Positions 44,861-54,596 of a stretch of 64,000 nt of DNA are shown in pieces. The notes beneath the pieces were generated by a model that was not told where the DNA came from, did no database searches, and worked only from the letters and a program-made list of their open reading frames with translations. This DNA is from Elusimicrobiota bacterium. Its GTDB lineage: Bacteria > Elusimicrobiota > Elusimicrobia > UBA1565 > UBA9628. The stretch covers positions 20,019 through 84,018 of the forward strand of contig JACQAZ010000001.1 of the NCBI GenBank assembly GCA_016194705.1. The letters are read 5' to 3'. Made by a program: the position numbers and the translations under genes. Numbering within the stretch: the stretch's first letter is position 1; every line of letters begins with the position of its first letter.

Positions 44861-47800
44861 ATGAAGCTCGCCAAGCGACTCCTGGTCGCCTGGGCGGTCG
44901 CCTCCTGCGCGGGCCCCGCCGGGGCCGCCAGCTCGAAGATCGCCGCGCGCCGGGCCTACGATTACGGCCTCGAGCGCTACCTCAACGGCGACTTCAAGCG
45001 GGCTCTTTCCGAGGTCAACAACGCGATCTCCGACGATCCGGGCCTTTCGGTGGCCTTCGCCCTGCGCGCCCGGCTCTGGTCGGTGCTCGGCGACGTCGTC
45101 AACATGGAGAAGGACTGCGACAAGGTGCTCGACCGCTTGGGCTCCTCATTGGCCTCTCTCGACATCGAGCAGCTCACAGCCCAAGGCACGGCCCAGCTCC
45201 TCAAGGGCCGCACCGAGCACGCCATGCCCAGCTTCGACGCGGCCCTGCAGCTCAACAGCCAGAACCCCGAGGCCCTGGCCGGCCGCGCGCGGGTCTGGCG
45301 GGCCAAAGGCATGAACGATCGCGCTCTCGACGACCTCAACGAGCTTCTCCAGCGCGAAAGAAAGACCCCTCTCTACCTTTATAACCGCGGCAACGCCTAT
45401 TACGAGCTCGGACAATACGACAACGCGCTGGCCGATCTGACCCTCGCCCTAAGGCAGAACAAGAACTTCTATCCGGCCTACGGCCTGGCCGGCGCGGCCC
45501 TGGCCAGGAAGGGCGACTTCAAGCGCGCGGCCAAAGCCTACGACAAGGCCCTGGCCGTCAATCCCGAGTACGCCTACGCCTACCTCGGACGCGCGGCCAT
45601 CTCGCTGGCCAAAGGCGCCGAGGAGGAGGCCTTCGCCGATTTCGACAACGCGGTCCGCGTCTCGCCTCACGACTACGCGCCGTATTTCAACCGCGGCGAA
45701 GCCTACTGGCGCCGCGGCAACAAGGAAGAAGCCCTCAACGACTACCGCAAGGCGCTGACCGCGGACTCGCTCGAGCCCGAGTTCATGCTCTCGATCGGCG
45801 ACCGCATGGCCCAGATGATCCTCTTCCGCGAGGCGATCGGGGCCTTCACCCGCGCCTACGCCCTGGCCGGCGGAGAGGGAAACGCGGCCGTGCCGCGCGC
45901 TTCGTCCAAGGGAAAGAACTCTCGCGCGGCCGCGAAGGCGACCCTGTCCCCGGTCGGGGTCAGGGCCTTGATCCGCCGGGCGGGGGCCTACGAGGGGCTC
46001 AAGGACCTCAAGGCCGCGATGGCCGACCTGACCGAAGCCGTGAGCCGCGATCCCTCGAGCGCCACGGCCTGGGCCGCTCGCGGGACCCTCTCGCTCAAGA
46101 TGGGCCTCGACGCGCAGGCGCTCAGCGACCTCAATCAGGCCGTGCGCCTCGACGCCAAGAACGCCGAGGTGCGCGTGGCGCGCGGCAGCTACTACGCGCG
46201 CACCGACCGGCCCAAGGCCGCGCTGGAGGACTTCAACGCGGCCGTACAGCTCGACTCCGCGCGCGCCGACGCCTACAACGACCGCGGCGCGCTCTACGTG
46301 AACGCCTTCAACCAGCCCGAAAAGGCCATGGCGGACATCGAGAAGGCCGTGAGCCTCGCGCCCAAGGATCCGAACTACCTCTTCAACCTCGCGATGCTGC
46401 GCCTCAAGGTCCGCGACTATTGGAAAGCCGTCGAGCTGTTCAACGCCTCCTTGAAGTACCAGGGCCCTCCCGCGCGGGTCATGGCCTACCGCGCCGAGGC
46501 CTATTCCCAGCTCGGCGATCACGCCAACGCCCTGCGGGACATCCAGATCGCGCTCGAGAAAGACCCCAAGTACGTCCCGCTCTACGATGCCCTGGGGAGC
46601 ATCCGCTTGCGCTCGCACGACTACGAGCAGGCCGTGCGCGACCTCGACCAAGCGCTCGACCTCGAGCCCGAGAACGTCAGCGCGCTGGTCCACCGCGGGG
46701 CCGCCTACGGGGCGCTGGGCTCGCTCAAGCGCGCCCTCAAGGACTTCAAGCGGGCCGTCGAACTCGACCCGAAGTCCAAGGAGGCGCTGACCTACCATTG
46801 CCAGGCCCTGCGCTTGAGCCGCGACCCCGCCGGCGCCGTGCGGGAGTGCTCCAAGGCCGTCGACCTCGACGCCTACTACGCCCCGGCGTACCTGCAAAGG
46901 GGCCTGAGCTACCTCGCGATGCGCCAGGCCGACAAGGCCATCGAGGACGTCAACACCGCCTCCGAGCTCGGCCTGCGCCGGCCCGAGGGACTGCTGGCCC
47001 AGGCCATCGCCCACACCGCGTCTCACCTTTATAAGGAGGCACACGCCGATTTCGAGGCCGCCATGGAGCTCGATTCCTCCGTCCACACCCGCGAGATCGG
47101 GCTCAAATTCCCCCATGGGGACAACGAGGATTATTACAACGACATCGCCGACCTCGAACCGCTGATGCGCCGCGACTCCTCGAAGCCCTACGTTTTCATC
47201 GTCCGCGCCGACTCCATGCGCAACGCGGAGCATTTCGACAAGGCCATCGCCGAGTACACCAAGGCCATGGAGCTCGACGGCTCGCTCTCGGACGCCTACG
47301 TCGGCCGGGGCTTGGCGCTCATGGCGCAGGAGGCCTACGACTCGGCCCAGCAGGATTTCCTGCGCGCCCTCGAGCTCAACGCCGACGACGCCAAGACGCG
47401 CGTGCGCCTGGCCACCTTGCTGACCCTCAAACGCGACTACAGGGGAGCCCTGCAGGAGGTCGCTCGGGCGCTCAAGCTCGACGGCCGCAACTCGGAGGCC
47501 TACCTCCGGGGAGGCAACGCCCAGTACTTCCTCAAGAACTACAAGAAGGCGCTCGACAACTACGAGCTCTCGGCCAAATACGACCCCTTGAGCCCCGCCG
47601 CGCACAACGCCGTCGGCATGGGCCATTTCGCCCTGCGCCAGTACAAGGAGGCCCTCGAGAGCTTCAGCCGCGCGATCTCGCTCAACCCCAACTCCGACCG
47701 CTTCTTCCGCAACCGCGCCTCGACCTACTCCAACATGCGCAACTTCGTCAACGCGGCCGCGGAGTTCAAGAACGCCAGCGCGCTCAACACCGACCCCGCG

Positions 47801-47866
47801 ATGGTCGACGACTACAAGAAGCTCATCGACGAGAGCGAGGCCCAGAGCACCGACGGCAAGGGCTGA
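44861..47866 (+). CDS. Secreted long TPR-repeat protein (1001 aa)
   Basis: Signal peptide followed by near-continuous 34-aa TPR units (YNRG..Y..LG.Y..A..D...AL...P). Confidence 0.9.
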   Translation: MKLAKRLLVAWAVASCAGPAGAASSKIAARRAYDYGLERYLNGDFKRALSEVNNAISDDPGLSVAFALRARLWSVLGDVVNMEKDCDKVLDRLGSSLASLDIEQLTAQGTAQLLKGRTEHAMPSFDAALQLNSQNPEALAGRARVWRAKGMNDRALDDLNELLQRERKTPLYLYNRGNAYYELGQYDNALADLTLALRQNKNFYPAYGLAGAALARKGDFKRAAKAYDKALAVNPEYAYAYLGRAAISLAKGAEEEAFADFDNAVRVSPHDYAPYFNRGEAYWRRGNKEEALNDYRKALTADSLEPEFMLSIGDRMAQMILFREAIGAFTRAYALAGGEGNAAVPRASSKGKNSRAAAKATLSPVGVRALIRRAGAYEGLKDLKAAMADLTEAVSRDPSSATAWAARGTLSLKMGLDAQALSDLNQAVRLDAKNAEVRVARGSYYARTDRPKAALEDFNAAVQLDSARADAYNDRGALYVNAFNQPEKAMADIEKAVSLAPKDPNYLFNLAMLRLKVRDYWKAVELFNASLKYQGPPARVMAYRAEAYSQLGDHANALRDIQIALEKDPKYVPLYDALGSIRLRSHDYEQAVRDLDQALDLEPENVSALVHRGAAYGALGSLKRALKDFKRAVELDPKSKEALTYHCQALRLSRDPAGAVRECSKAVDLDAYYAPAYLQRGLSYLAMRQADKAIEDVNTASELGLRRPEGLLAQAIAHTASHLYKEAHADFEAAMELDSSVHTREIGLKFPHGDNEDYYNDIADLEPLMRRDSSKPYVFIVRADSMRNAEHFDKAIAEYTKAMELDGSLSDAYVGRGLALMAQEAYDSAQQDFLRALELNADDAKTRVRLATLLTLKRDYRGALQEVARALKLDGRNSEAYLRGGNAQYFLKNYKKALDNYELSAKYDPLSPAAHNAVGMGHFALRQYKEALESFSRAISLNPNSDRFFRNRASTYSNMRNFVNAAAEFKNASALNTDPAMVDDYKKLIDESEAQSTDGKG

Positions 47867-47887
47867 GGCCGCTCTGATACGGGGGCA

Positions 47888-48135
47888 TCCATGTTCCCGG
47901 ACATTTCAGGCTGACTTGCCGGGCGCCTGCGGCGAGAGCTCCAACAACGACTTCAGAAAGAGAGGTGCGCGTGAGCGCAGCGAACGCGCAACCGGCCGGA
48001 GCGAAGCGACGGACGGCTGCCGTGCGGATACCGGAGTCCTAACATTGTCACTTTTTTGGACCATATGGTCCAAAAAAGTGACAATTCCTGCGACAGATGC
48101 CGCGTGGGTCACGCGTCAATGTCCTGGAACCTGGA
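47888..48135. mobile_element. MITE-like element with 18-bp imperfect TIRs and a 42-bp perfect palindrome
   Basis: TCCATGTTCCCGGACATT / AATGTCCTGGAACCTGGA (2 mismatches); palindrome at 48044-48085; shares a 19-mer with the 38633 element. Confidence 0.6.
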
Positions 48136-48154
48136 GGAGAGGCCCCCTTGACAC

Positions 48155-49561
48155 TGTCAACCCCAAATAGAATTGTCCCCTAGTTGTCCCAAGTAGAAAT
48201 GTCCCCTTCGTTGGGTTCATCTGTGGAGCCTGAATCCTGCGCTGGTGCGGAAGTTTCCGTGCTTGAGCGCCTTCCAGTAGCGATGAGCCGTTTTGATGTG
48301 GCTCGAATTCGAATAGCCGTTGAGTGACCGGGTTGGGCGGTGGGGCAGGTATTCGTAGTTGAGCGTCAGGCCCTTGTAGAGCAGGCGAACGCTGTCGTCG
48401 AGCCTGGTTTGGATCGTGACCTCTGCTTTTGGCCGTACGCCTGCGCCTTCTTTCAGCTGAATCCATCGGCCGAAGTACTGGATCGTGTAGTCGTTCTTGA
48501 CGCATCGGCTTAGCTTGACCGAGAGCACCTCCAGCAGATCCTGGCCGGGGACCAGAGGCCGGTGCGCATCGATGGCGGATCGCGGCGCTTCGGCGTAGGT
48601 TTCGTTATGCTTGGGAATATAAGTCTGCCAAAGAAACTTATTGGCCGCCTCGATCGTTGCTATCCCGCGCAGGCGCAGCTCTTTGACCAGCCGGTCTTGG
48701 TGGGTGTGAAAGCCGCGTTCAACGCGGCCTTTGGCTTGCGGACTGTTGGCGGTGATGACTTGGATGTTCAGCTCGGCCATGGCCCTGGTGAATTGCGTCA
48801 TCGGCATTTCGTCCCGGGATTGATCGTGGTTGGTTTTGTAGATCGAGTCCCTGTCGACGTAGAAAGCCACGGGACGGCCGTTCTGTTTGAGATAGCTGCG
48901 CGTGGTGCGAAGCAAGGTCATCGTGTCTTCAACCTCAACGAACTCGCCGTAGAGAATCCTGCTCGTGGCGTCGTCGATGTAGATGATGAGCACGCACTTG
49001 GGTCCGCGGTCTTCAAACCAAGCGTGGGGCGAGCCGTCGAGCTGCACAAGCATGCCGACGCATTCGCGGCGCTCGCGCCAGCTTCTGTGGCGCAGACGAT
49101 GGCCCCACGGCTGCCAGAGACCGACTTGGGTCATCAGCTGGCGAAGGGTTTCAACGCCCAGCGTGATGCCGGCGTGCTCGCGGAGCTTGTCGCTAGCGAA
49201 GGTCGGCCCAAAGCCTTCCCACAGCGGGTCGTGGAGCGCGCTTAGCGCGGCTTCCAGCAGCATGGGGTCGAGCTGGTGGTTGGAGGGCCGGCCGCGCAGC
49301 TTGTGAGCCATGCCAAGAGGGCCTTGCTCGCGCTGCCGCGCGCAGAGGCGCTTGACCTGGCGCACGCTGAGCCTGAGCATAGTTGCGCCTCGCGCCTGCG
49401 TCAGCCTTCGGTCCATCACCTGGCGAATCACTTGAATTCGATCCAATTCCTTGCGGCTCATCCGCACAACCTCGTCGTCCATGAACCCTCCCGCTCGGCG
49501 GGAAGGGTAAAGGTGACATTTCTATTTGGGTAGAAGGGGTCATATCTAATTGGGGGTGACG
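48155..49561 (-). mobile_element. Insertion sequence, IS1202/ISNCY type
   Basis: Ends TGTCAACCCCAAATAGAATTGTCCCCT and (reverse complement) CGTCACCCCCAATTAGATATGACCCCT, each with a second subterminal TAGAAATGTC-like repeat; lower GC. Confidence 0.85.
48217..49482 (-). CDS. ISNCY/IS1202-family DDE transposase
   Basis: HTH (LSVRQVKRL), FGPTFA, QLDGSPHAW, IDDATS, YVDRDSIY, SPQAKGRVER. Confidence 0.92.
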   Translation of the reverse strand: MDDEVVRMSRKELDRIQVIRQVMDRRLTQARGATMLRLSVRQVKRLCARQREQGPLGMAHKLRGRPSNHQLDPMLLEAALSALHDPLWEGFGPTFASDKLREHAGITLGVETLRQLMTQVGLWQPWGHRLRHRSWRERRECVGMLVQLDGSPHAWFEDRGPKCVLIIYIDDATSRILYGEFVEVEDTMTLLRTTRSYLKQNGRPVAFYVDRDSIYKTNHDQSRDEMPMTQFTRAMAELNIQVITANSPQAKGRVERGFHTHQDRLVKELRLRGIATIEAANKFLWQTYIPKHNETYAEAPRSAIDAHRPLVPGQDLLEVLSVKLSRCVKNDYTIQYFGRWIQLKEGAGVRPKAEVTIQTRLDDSVRLLYKGLTLNYEYLPHRPTRSLNGYSNSSHIKTAHRYWKALKHGNFRTSAGFRLHR

Positions 49562-49602
49562 AGCAGTGGCTCCGGGGCTATGATTCCCCCAAGGACAAAA
49601 CC

Positions 49603-49975
49603 ATGGAGTGTTTTTCTCACGCCGGCGCTCCGGCGGTCGGCGTGTGTCGAGGGTGCGGCAAGGGAATCTGCCGATCCTGCGCGAAGGACCTGGGGTTCGG
49701 CTTGGCGTGCGCTCAAGCGTGTGTTAAGGAAGCGACCGAGGCCCGCGAGGCTCAACCAGCGCGCAAAGAGAATCTACGGCGTCGGATTCCCTCGCCCTCG
49801 CATCGCCACCGGTGCGGTCATGTTTCTGATCTTGGGCGCGACGTTCCTGGGCTTCACTCTCGTCTGCGACTATCTCAACGGTCAGGTCGAATGGTTCAAC
49901 GTGATTTTCTCCGGAGTTTTCTTCCTTCTGGCCCTGGTCGCCCATCGCCGGGCCAAGTCCGTCGGCCTCTGCTGA
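49603..49975 (+). pseudogene. Zn-finger (B-box/DUF2180-like) membrane protein interrupted by a +1 frameshift
   Basis: MECFSH...CRGCGKGICRSC...C...C in one frame continues as LNQRAKRIYG...TM-TM in another frame after an extra G near 49750. Confidence 0.65.
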
Positions 49976-50015
49976 TCTGCGCTGCCTGGACCATGTGCTA
50001 CAATTCCTACACGGC

Positions 50016-50885
50016 ATGGACATCCCCGAGCTTTTCACGCGCGGAGAACCCGTTTTTTCCTTCGAGTTCTTCCTTCCGAAAATAACGGATGACATCCCCA
50101 GCTTCCTCGATGGAGTCCGGGAACTCAAGCGCCTCTCTCCGTCCTTCGTCACTTTGACCTACGGCGCCGGCGGCTCGGCGCGGGACAAGACCATCGAGAC
50201 GGCCGGCCGCATCAAGCGCGAGGTCGGTCTCGAGACGGCCTGCCACATGACCTGCATCACCCACACCAAGGCCGAGATGTCGGAGAACCTCTCGCGCCTG
50301 ACTTCAGAGGGCATCCGGCACATCGTCGCCCTGCGCGGCGACCAGCCCAAGGACCAAGCCGTGCCGCCGCCCGGGGAGCGCGACTTCGGCTACGCGCGCG
50401 ATCTCGTCGCTTTCATCAAGAGTGCCGGGGGCTTTCGGATGGCCGTGGCCGGCTACCCGGAAACGCACCCGGAAGCCGTCTCGCCCGACGACGATCTCAG
50501 AAACCTCGTCGAGAAAGTCAAAGCCGGCGGCGACTGGGTCATCACGCAGCTTTTCTTCGACAACCAAGCTTACTTCCGGTTCGTGGAAAAGGCCCGCGCC
50601 GCCGGCGTGAGAGTCCCCATCGTCCCCGGGATCATGCCCGTGACCGGCTACGCCCAGCTCAAGCGCTTCACGGCGATGTGCGGCGCGAGCATACCCCCGG
50701 CTCTCAACGCGGAGCTCGAGAAGGTTTCTGCCGATCCCGAGGCCGTGATCCGCCTGGGCGTCGACTACGCCGCCCGCCAGTGCCGCGAACTGCTCGAAGG
50801 CGGCGCCCCGGGCATCCACTTCTACACGCTCAACAAGACGCGCTCGACCTCCGAGATTCTCTCAAAACTGCGTAAAGCCTCCTGA
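50016..50885 (+). CDS. metF: 5,10-methylenetetrahydrofolate reductase
   Basis: SFEFF.PK, TYGAGGS, HMTC, ALRGD, AGYPETHP, ITQLFFD, PGIMP, HFYTLN. Confidence 0.95.
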   Translation: MDIPELFTRGEPVFSFEFFLPKITDDIPSFLDGVRELKRLSPSFVTLTYGAGGSARDKTIETAGRIKREVGLETACHMTCITHTKAEMSENLSRLTSEGIRHIVALRGDQPKDQAVPPPGERDFGYARDLVAFIKSAGGFRMAVAGYPETHPEAVSPDDDLRNLVEKVKAGGDWVITQLFFDNQAYFRFVEKARAAGVRVPIVPGIMPVTGYAQLKRFTAMCGASIPPALNAELEKVSADPEAVIRLGVDYAARQCRELLEGGAPGIHFYTLNKTRSTSEILSKLRKAS

Positions 50886-50886
50886 C

Positions 50887-52539
50887 ATGGCGCCGCTGGC
50901 TCTGCTCCTGGCGCTGGCAAGCCCCGCGGCGGCGGTCTCGGTCTCGACGGAGCCCTTCATCGCCGGAGTGCGCGTCGAGCACGTCAACGTCTTCGATCCG
51001 GCGGTCCAGGGAGAGAACTGGTGGCTGTTCCGCCTCGCCGACAGGATCCATTTCACCACGCGCGAGGAGGTCATCCGCCGCGAGCTCCTGCTCGGACCCG
51101 GCGACAAGTGGGACAGCTTCAAGGCGCTCGAGTCCGAGCGCAACCTGCGCCAGCTCAACATCTTCCGCCGCGCCGAGGTCAAGCCGGTCCCGAAGCCCGA
51201 CGGCAAGCTCGACCTGCTGGCCCGCACGCAGGACAGCTGGACGCTCGCCCTGCAGGCCGGCGCCGGGACCGAGGGGGGGCAGACCTTGCTGCGCTACGGC
51301 GTCTCCGAGGACAACCTGCTCGGCTACGGCAAGTCGATCGGGGCCTTCCACACCGAGGACGGGCGCCTCGTGCGCAACGAGTTCCGCTACCGCGACTCGC
51401 GCTTCCTCGGCTCGCGCTTCTCCTTCGACCCCTTCTTCACTCGCACCGGCCACGGCACCTCGGTCGGCAGCGACCTGATCCGGCCCTTCTTCTCGCTGGA
51501 GACGCCCACGGCCGCGGGCGGGAACTGGTCGCACACCGTCGATGAGTCCATCCTCTACCGGGATTCCGAGGAAGGCTCCAAGTTCGTTCTCAAGAACGAC
51601 ACGGTGCTGGCCGCCACCGGCGCGCGGCTCCCCCAGGACCGGTGGGCGGCGCAGCGGGTCGAAGCGGGCTGGTACGCCCAAAAAGACCAGTTCTACCCGT
51701 TCGACCTCACGGCGGACGGCACCTTGCCCACCGACCGCACCCTCTCCGGTCCTGTGGTAGGCTACAATCTCGTGCAGCCGCGCTATGTCAAGGAGACCTA
51801 CATCAACAAGATGGAGCGGGTCGAGGACTTCAACATGGGAAACGAGCTGCGCGTCTTCGGCGGCTTCATGGGCCGCGCGCTGGGCTCGGACCGCGACCGC
51901 TGGATCTACAACATCGCAGACCAGCAGGGCGTCTATTTCGCGCCGGGCCGCTTCATCCTCGCGCAGATCGGCGCCAAGGGGCGTCTGGCCAACGCCCGCC
52001 CGGACAACACCTTGATTTTTGCGAACCTCAATCTCTTCTACGCGACCGACTGGCAGATCCCGCAGACCTGGGTCGCCCACATCGAGGCCAACAAGGGCCG
52101 CAACCTCGACGGCGAGAACCAGATCATCCTCGGCGGCAACAACGGCCTGCGCGGCTACAAGAACTACAGCTTCACGGGAGCCGAGTCCCTGCTGCTCAAC
52201 CTCGAGGACCGTTTTTTCCTGCCGGGGGAATATTTCCATCTGGTCCGGTTCGGAGCCGCGGTCTTCTGGGACACCGGCGCCGTCGAGCCCGCAGGCAGGG
52301 GGATGACGTTCAAGGATTTTAGATCGGACCTGGGCCTGGGCTTGAGGGCCTCGCCGACCCGCGGCCAGACCGGCAACGTCGTGCGGCTCGACTTGGCGCG
52401 TTCGCTGCAGCGCGGCCCCGGCCCCGACCGCTGGGTCGTGTCGCTGACGGGCTCCCAGGCGTTCCAGATCTTCAACAGCTCGACGAAGTCGGTGCGCGGG
52501 AGCCCGTCCTCCCAGCTCGTCGTGGAGCCGCGCCGCTAG
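50887..52539 (+). CDS. Omp85 (BamA/TamA-like) outer membrane protein with one POTRA domain
   Basis: TREEVIRRELL...ESERNLR (POTRA), EDNLLGYG, LGG.NGLRGY, FWDTG, GLGLR. Confidence 0.85.
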   Translation: MAPLALLLALASPAAAVSVSTEPFIAGVRVEHVNVFDPAVQGENWWLFRLADRIHFTTREEVIRRELLLGPGDKWDSFKALESERNLRQLNIFRRAEVKPVPKPDGKLDLLARTQDSWTLALQAGAGTEGGQTLLRYGVSEDNLLGYGKSIGAFHTEDGRLVRNEFRYRDSRFLGSRFSFDPFFTRTGHGTSVGSDLIRPFFSLETPTAAGGNWSHTVDESILYRDSEEGSKFVLKNDTVLAATGARLPQDRWAAQRVEAGWYAQKDQFYPFDLTADGTLPTDRTLSGPVVGYNLVQPRYVKETYINKMERVEDFNMGNELRVFGGFMGRALGSDRDRWIYNIADQQGVYFAPGRFILAQIGAKGRLANARPDNTLIFANLNLFYATDWQIPQTWVAHIEANKGRNLDGENQIILGGNNGLRGYKNYSFTGAESLLLNLEDRFFLPGEYFHLVRFGAAVFWDTGAVEPAGRGMTFKDFRSDLGLGLRASPTRGQTGNVVRLDLARSLQRGPGPDRWVVSLTGSQAFQIFNSSTKSVRGSPSSQLVVEPRR

Positions 52540-52545
52540 AGGAAT

Positions 52546-52631
52546 GGTGCCAGGCCTTCACTCTTTTCACTCTTTTTTCATGACCATCCGAATATTGTGT
52601 GAAAGAGTGAAAAGAGTGAAGGCCTGGCACC
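52546..52631. repeat. REP/REPIN-like long hairpin (30-bp perfect stem, 26-nt loop), copy 1
   Basis: GGTGCCAGGCCTTCACTCTTTTCACTCTTT ... AAAGAGTGAAAAGAGTGAAGGCCTGGCACC. Confidence 0.85.
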
Positions 52632-52638
52632 CCACTGT

Positions 52639-53742
52639 ATGGATGAGATAGACGCCGTCGTCGTCGGGGCCGGAGCCGTGGGCCTGGCGCTCGCCGCGCG
52701 CCTGGCGCGCGCCGACAGGAACGTCGTCGTCTTGGAGCGGCACGAGCGCCACGGGATGGAAACCTCGAGCCGCAACTCGGAGGTCGTGCACTCGGGACTC
52801 TACTACCCGGCGGCCAGCCTCAAGACCAAGCTCTGCGTCGAGGGACGGCGCCGGCTCTACGAGCTGGCCCCCAAGCGCGGCTTCTTCGTCAAGAAGACCG
52901 GCAAGCTCATCGTCGCATGCGAACAGGGCGAGCTCGAGAAGCTCGAAGCGCTCAAGAAGAACGGCGAGGCCAACGGCGTCGAGGGCCTCGAACTCGTCGA
53001 CGGCAAGGACTTGGCGCAGTTCAGCTACGGCGTCAAGGCGGTCGCCGCGCTGTGGTCGCCCGAGACGGGGATCGTCGACTCCGAGGACCTCATGCGGGCC
53101 GCTCTTGACGAGGCCAAGGACAAGGGGGCCATCTTCCTCTGGGGCTGCGGGCTTTCCAACGTCGGGCGCAAGGACGGGCGGTACGACCTCTGGGTCACGG
53201 GCCAGGACGAGCCGATACCGGCGCGCTGCGTGATCAACTCCGCGGGTCTTAATGCCGACAAGATAGCGGCCCTGGCCGGTCTCGATTGCGGCGCGATAGG
53301 CTACGGCCTCCACTATTATAAAGGAGAGTACTTCTCGCTCAAACGGCCGCTCGAGGTCCGGCCCTTGGTCTACCCCGTGCCCTCCAAGCAGGGGTTGGGC
53401 ATCCATCTGACCGTCGACCGCCAAGGGCGCCATCGCCTCGGACCGAACGCCTTTCCGGTCGAGAAACTGGACTACGATGTCGACTCGTCCCACGCCGATT
53501 CCTTTCATGCCGCAGCCTCCCGCTACCTCCCCGACCTAAAAAGGGAGGACCTCATGCCGGGGACATCGGGGATCCGTCCGAAGCTCGCCGCTGACGGCTC
53601 GTTTCGCGACTTCGTGATCGCCGAGGAATCGGCCCGCGGGCTGCCGGGCTGGGTCAACCTCTTGGGCATCGAGTCCCCGGGCCTGACGGCCAGCCTCGCC
53701 ATCGCCGATTATGTCGCCAATTTGCTATCATGGCCGCGTTGA
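52639..53742 (+). CDS. FAD-dependent oxidoreductase, L-2-hydroxyglutarate oxidase (LhgO)-like
   Basis: VVGAGAVG, ETSSRNSEVVHSGLYY, KGEYF, LGIHLT, GIRPK, GIESPGLTASLAIA. Confidence 0.88.
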   Translation: MDEIDAVVVGAGAVGLALAARLARADRNVVVLERHERHGMETSSRNSEVVHSGLYYPAASLKTKLCVEGRRRLYELAPKRGFFVKKTGKLIVACEQGELEKLEALKKNGEANGVEGLELVDGKDLAQFSYGVKAVAALWSPETGIVDSEDLMRAALDEAKDKGAIFLWGCGLSNVGRKDGRYDLWVTGQDEPIPARCVINSAGLNADKIAALAGLDCGAIGYGLHYYKGEYFSLKRPLEVRPLVYPVPSKQGLGIHLTVDRQGRHRLGPNAFPVEKLDYDVDSSHADSFHAAASRYLPDLKREDLMPGTSGIRPKLAADGSFRDFVIAEESARGLPGWVNLLGIESPGLTASLAIADYVANLLSWPR

Positions 53743-54596
53743 AGAAATCCCTGTTTCTGCTTCCTTGGATTGCGCTTTCCGGGTGCAGCGCCAAGACGAT
53801 CGCCCTTCATCAGACCGTCGCGCTGCTCGACTCCGGAGCGCAGGCCTTCTACGACGAGCCCGATCCCGTGCTGGCGCAAGAGGTCATGGGCTCCAACATG
53901 AAGCTCCTCGAGGCGCTGCTCGTCAGCGAGCCCGACAACGCGCGGCTGTTGGCGCGCGCCGCCGAGAGCTTCAACGGCTACGCCTTCCTTTTTCTCGAAG
54001 ACGCCGCGCCCGAGCGCGCCAAGGGGTTCTACAAGCGCGGCCGCGACCACGCCCTCAAGCTGCTGGCCCGCAAGAACGCCTTCAAAGGCCTGGCCGAGAA
54101 AAACCTCGACGCCTTCACTCAAGCCTTGGCCAAGGCCGGCCCCTCGGATGTCGAGGCCCTGTTCTGGGCGGGCTTCGGCTGGGCCAACTCGATCAACCTC
54201 TCCAAGGACGACCCCGGCGCGGTGGCGGAACTCCCGAAGGCCGTGGCGCTCATGCAGCGCGTGCGCGACCTGTCTCCCGACTACCAGTTCGCGGGCCCCG
54301 AGCTGTTCTTCGCGATCTACTACGCCTCGCGCCCCGCCATCCTCGGCGGCGACGTCGCCAAGGCGCGGACCTATTTCGAGGACGCCCGCGCGCGCACGAG
54401 CGGCAAGTTCCTGATGACCTATGTGCTCGAAGCGCGCTTCCTCGCCGTCGCAGTGCAGGACCAGGAGCTCTTCAAGGCGCTCCTGACGCGTGTCGCGCAG
54501 ACGCCGGCAGGCGCCCTTCCGGGCTCGCGGATGCAGGACGAAGTCGCCAAGCGCAAAGCCGCCGCACTCATGGGGAAGATCAATGATTATTTCTAA
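53730..54596 (+). CDS. TRAP transporter TatT component (TPR lipoprotein)
   Basis: Lipobox LSGC; EPDPVLA..., YAFLF, RA..FY.RGRD.AL, GGD..KAR.YF; directly upstream of dctPQM. Confidence 0.85.
   Translation: MAALKKSLFLLPWIALSGCSAKTIALHQTVALLDSGAQAFYDEPDPVLAQEVMGSNMKLLEALLVSEPDNARLLARAAESFNGYAFLFLEDAAPERAKGFYKRGRDHALKLLARKNAFKGLAEKNLDAFTQALAKAGPSDVEALFWAGFGWANSINLSKDDPGAVAELPKAVALMQRVRDLSPDYQFAGPELFFAIYYASRPAILGGDVAKARTYFEDARARTSGKFLMTYVLEARFLAVAVQDQELFKALLTRVAQTPAGALPGSRMQDEVAKRKAAALMGKINDYF

Noticed and set aside
47906-48170. Short ORFs 47906-48112 and 47916-48170
   Set aside because: They run through the 42-bp palindrome and TIRs of a non-coding element.
48130-49600. XerCD/dif-site targeting, as known for some IS1202-family elements
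   Set aside because: No dif-like (XerC/XerD arm) sequence is visible beside either IS end.
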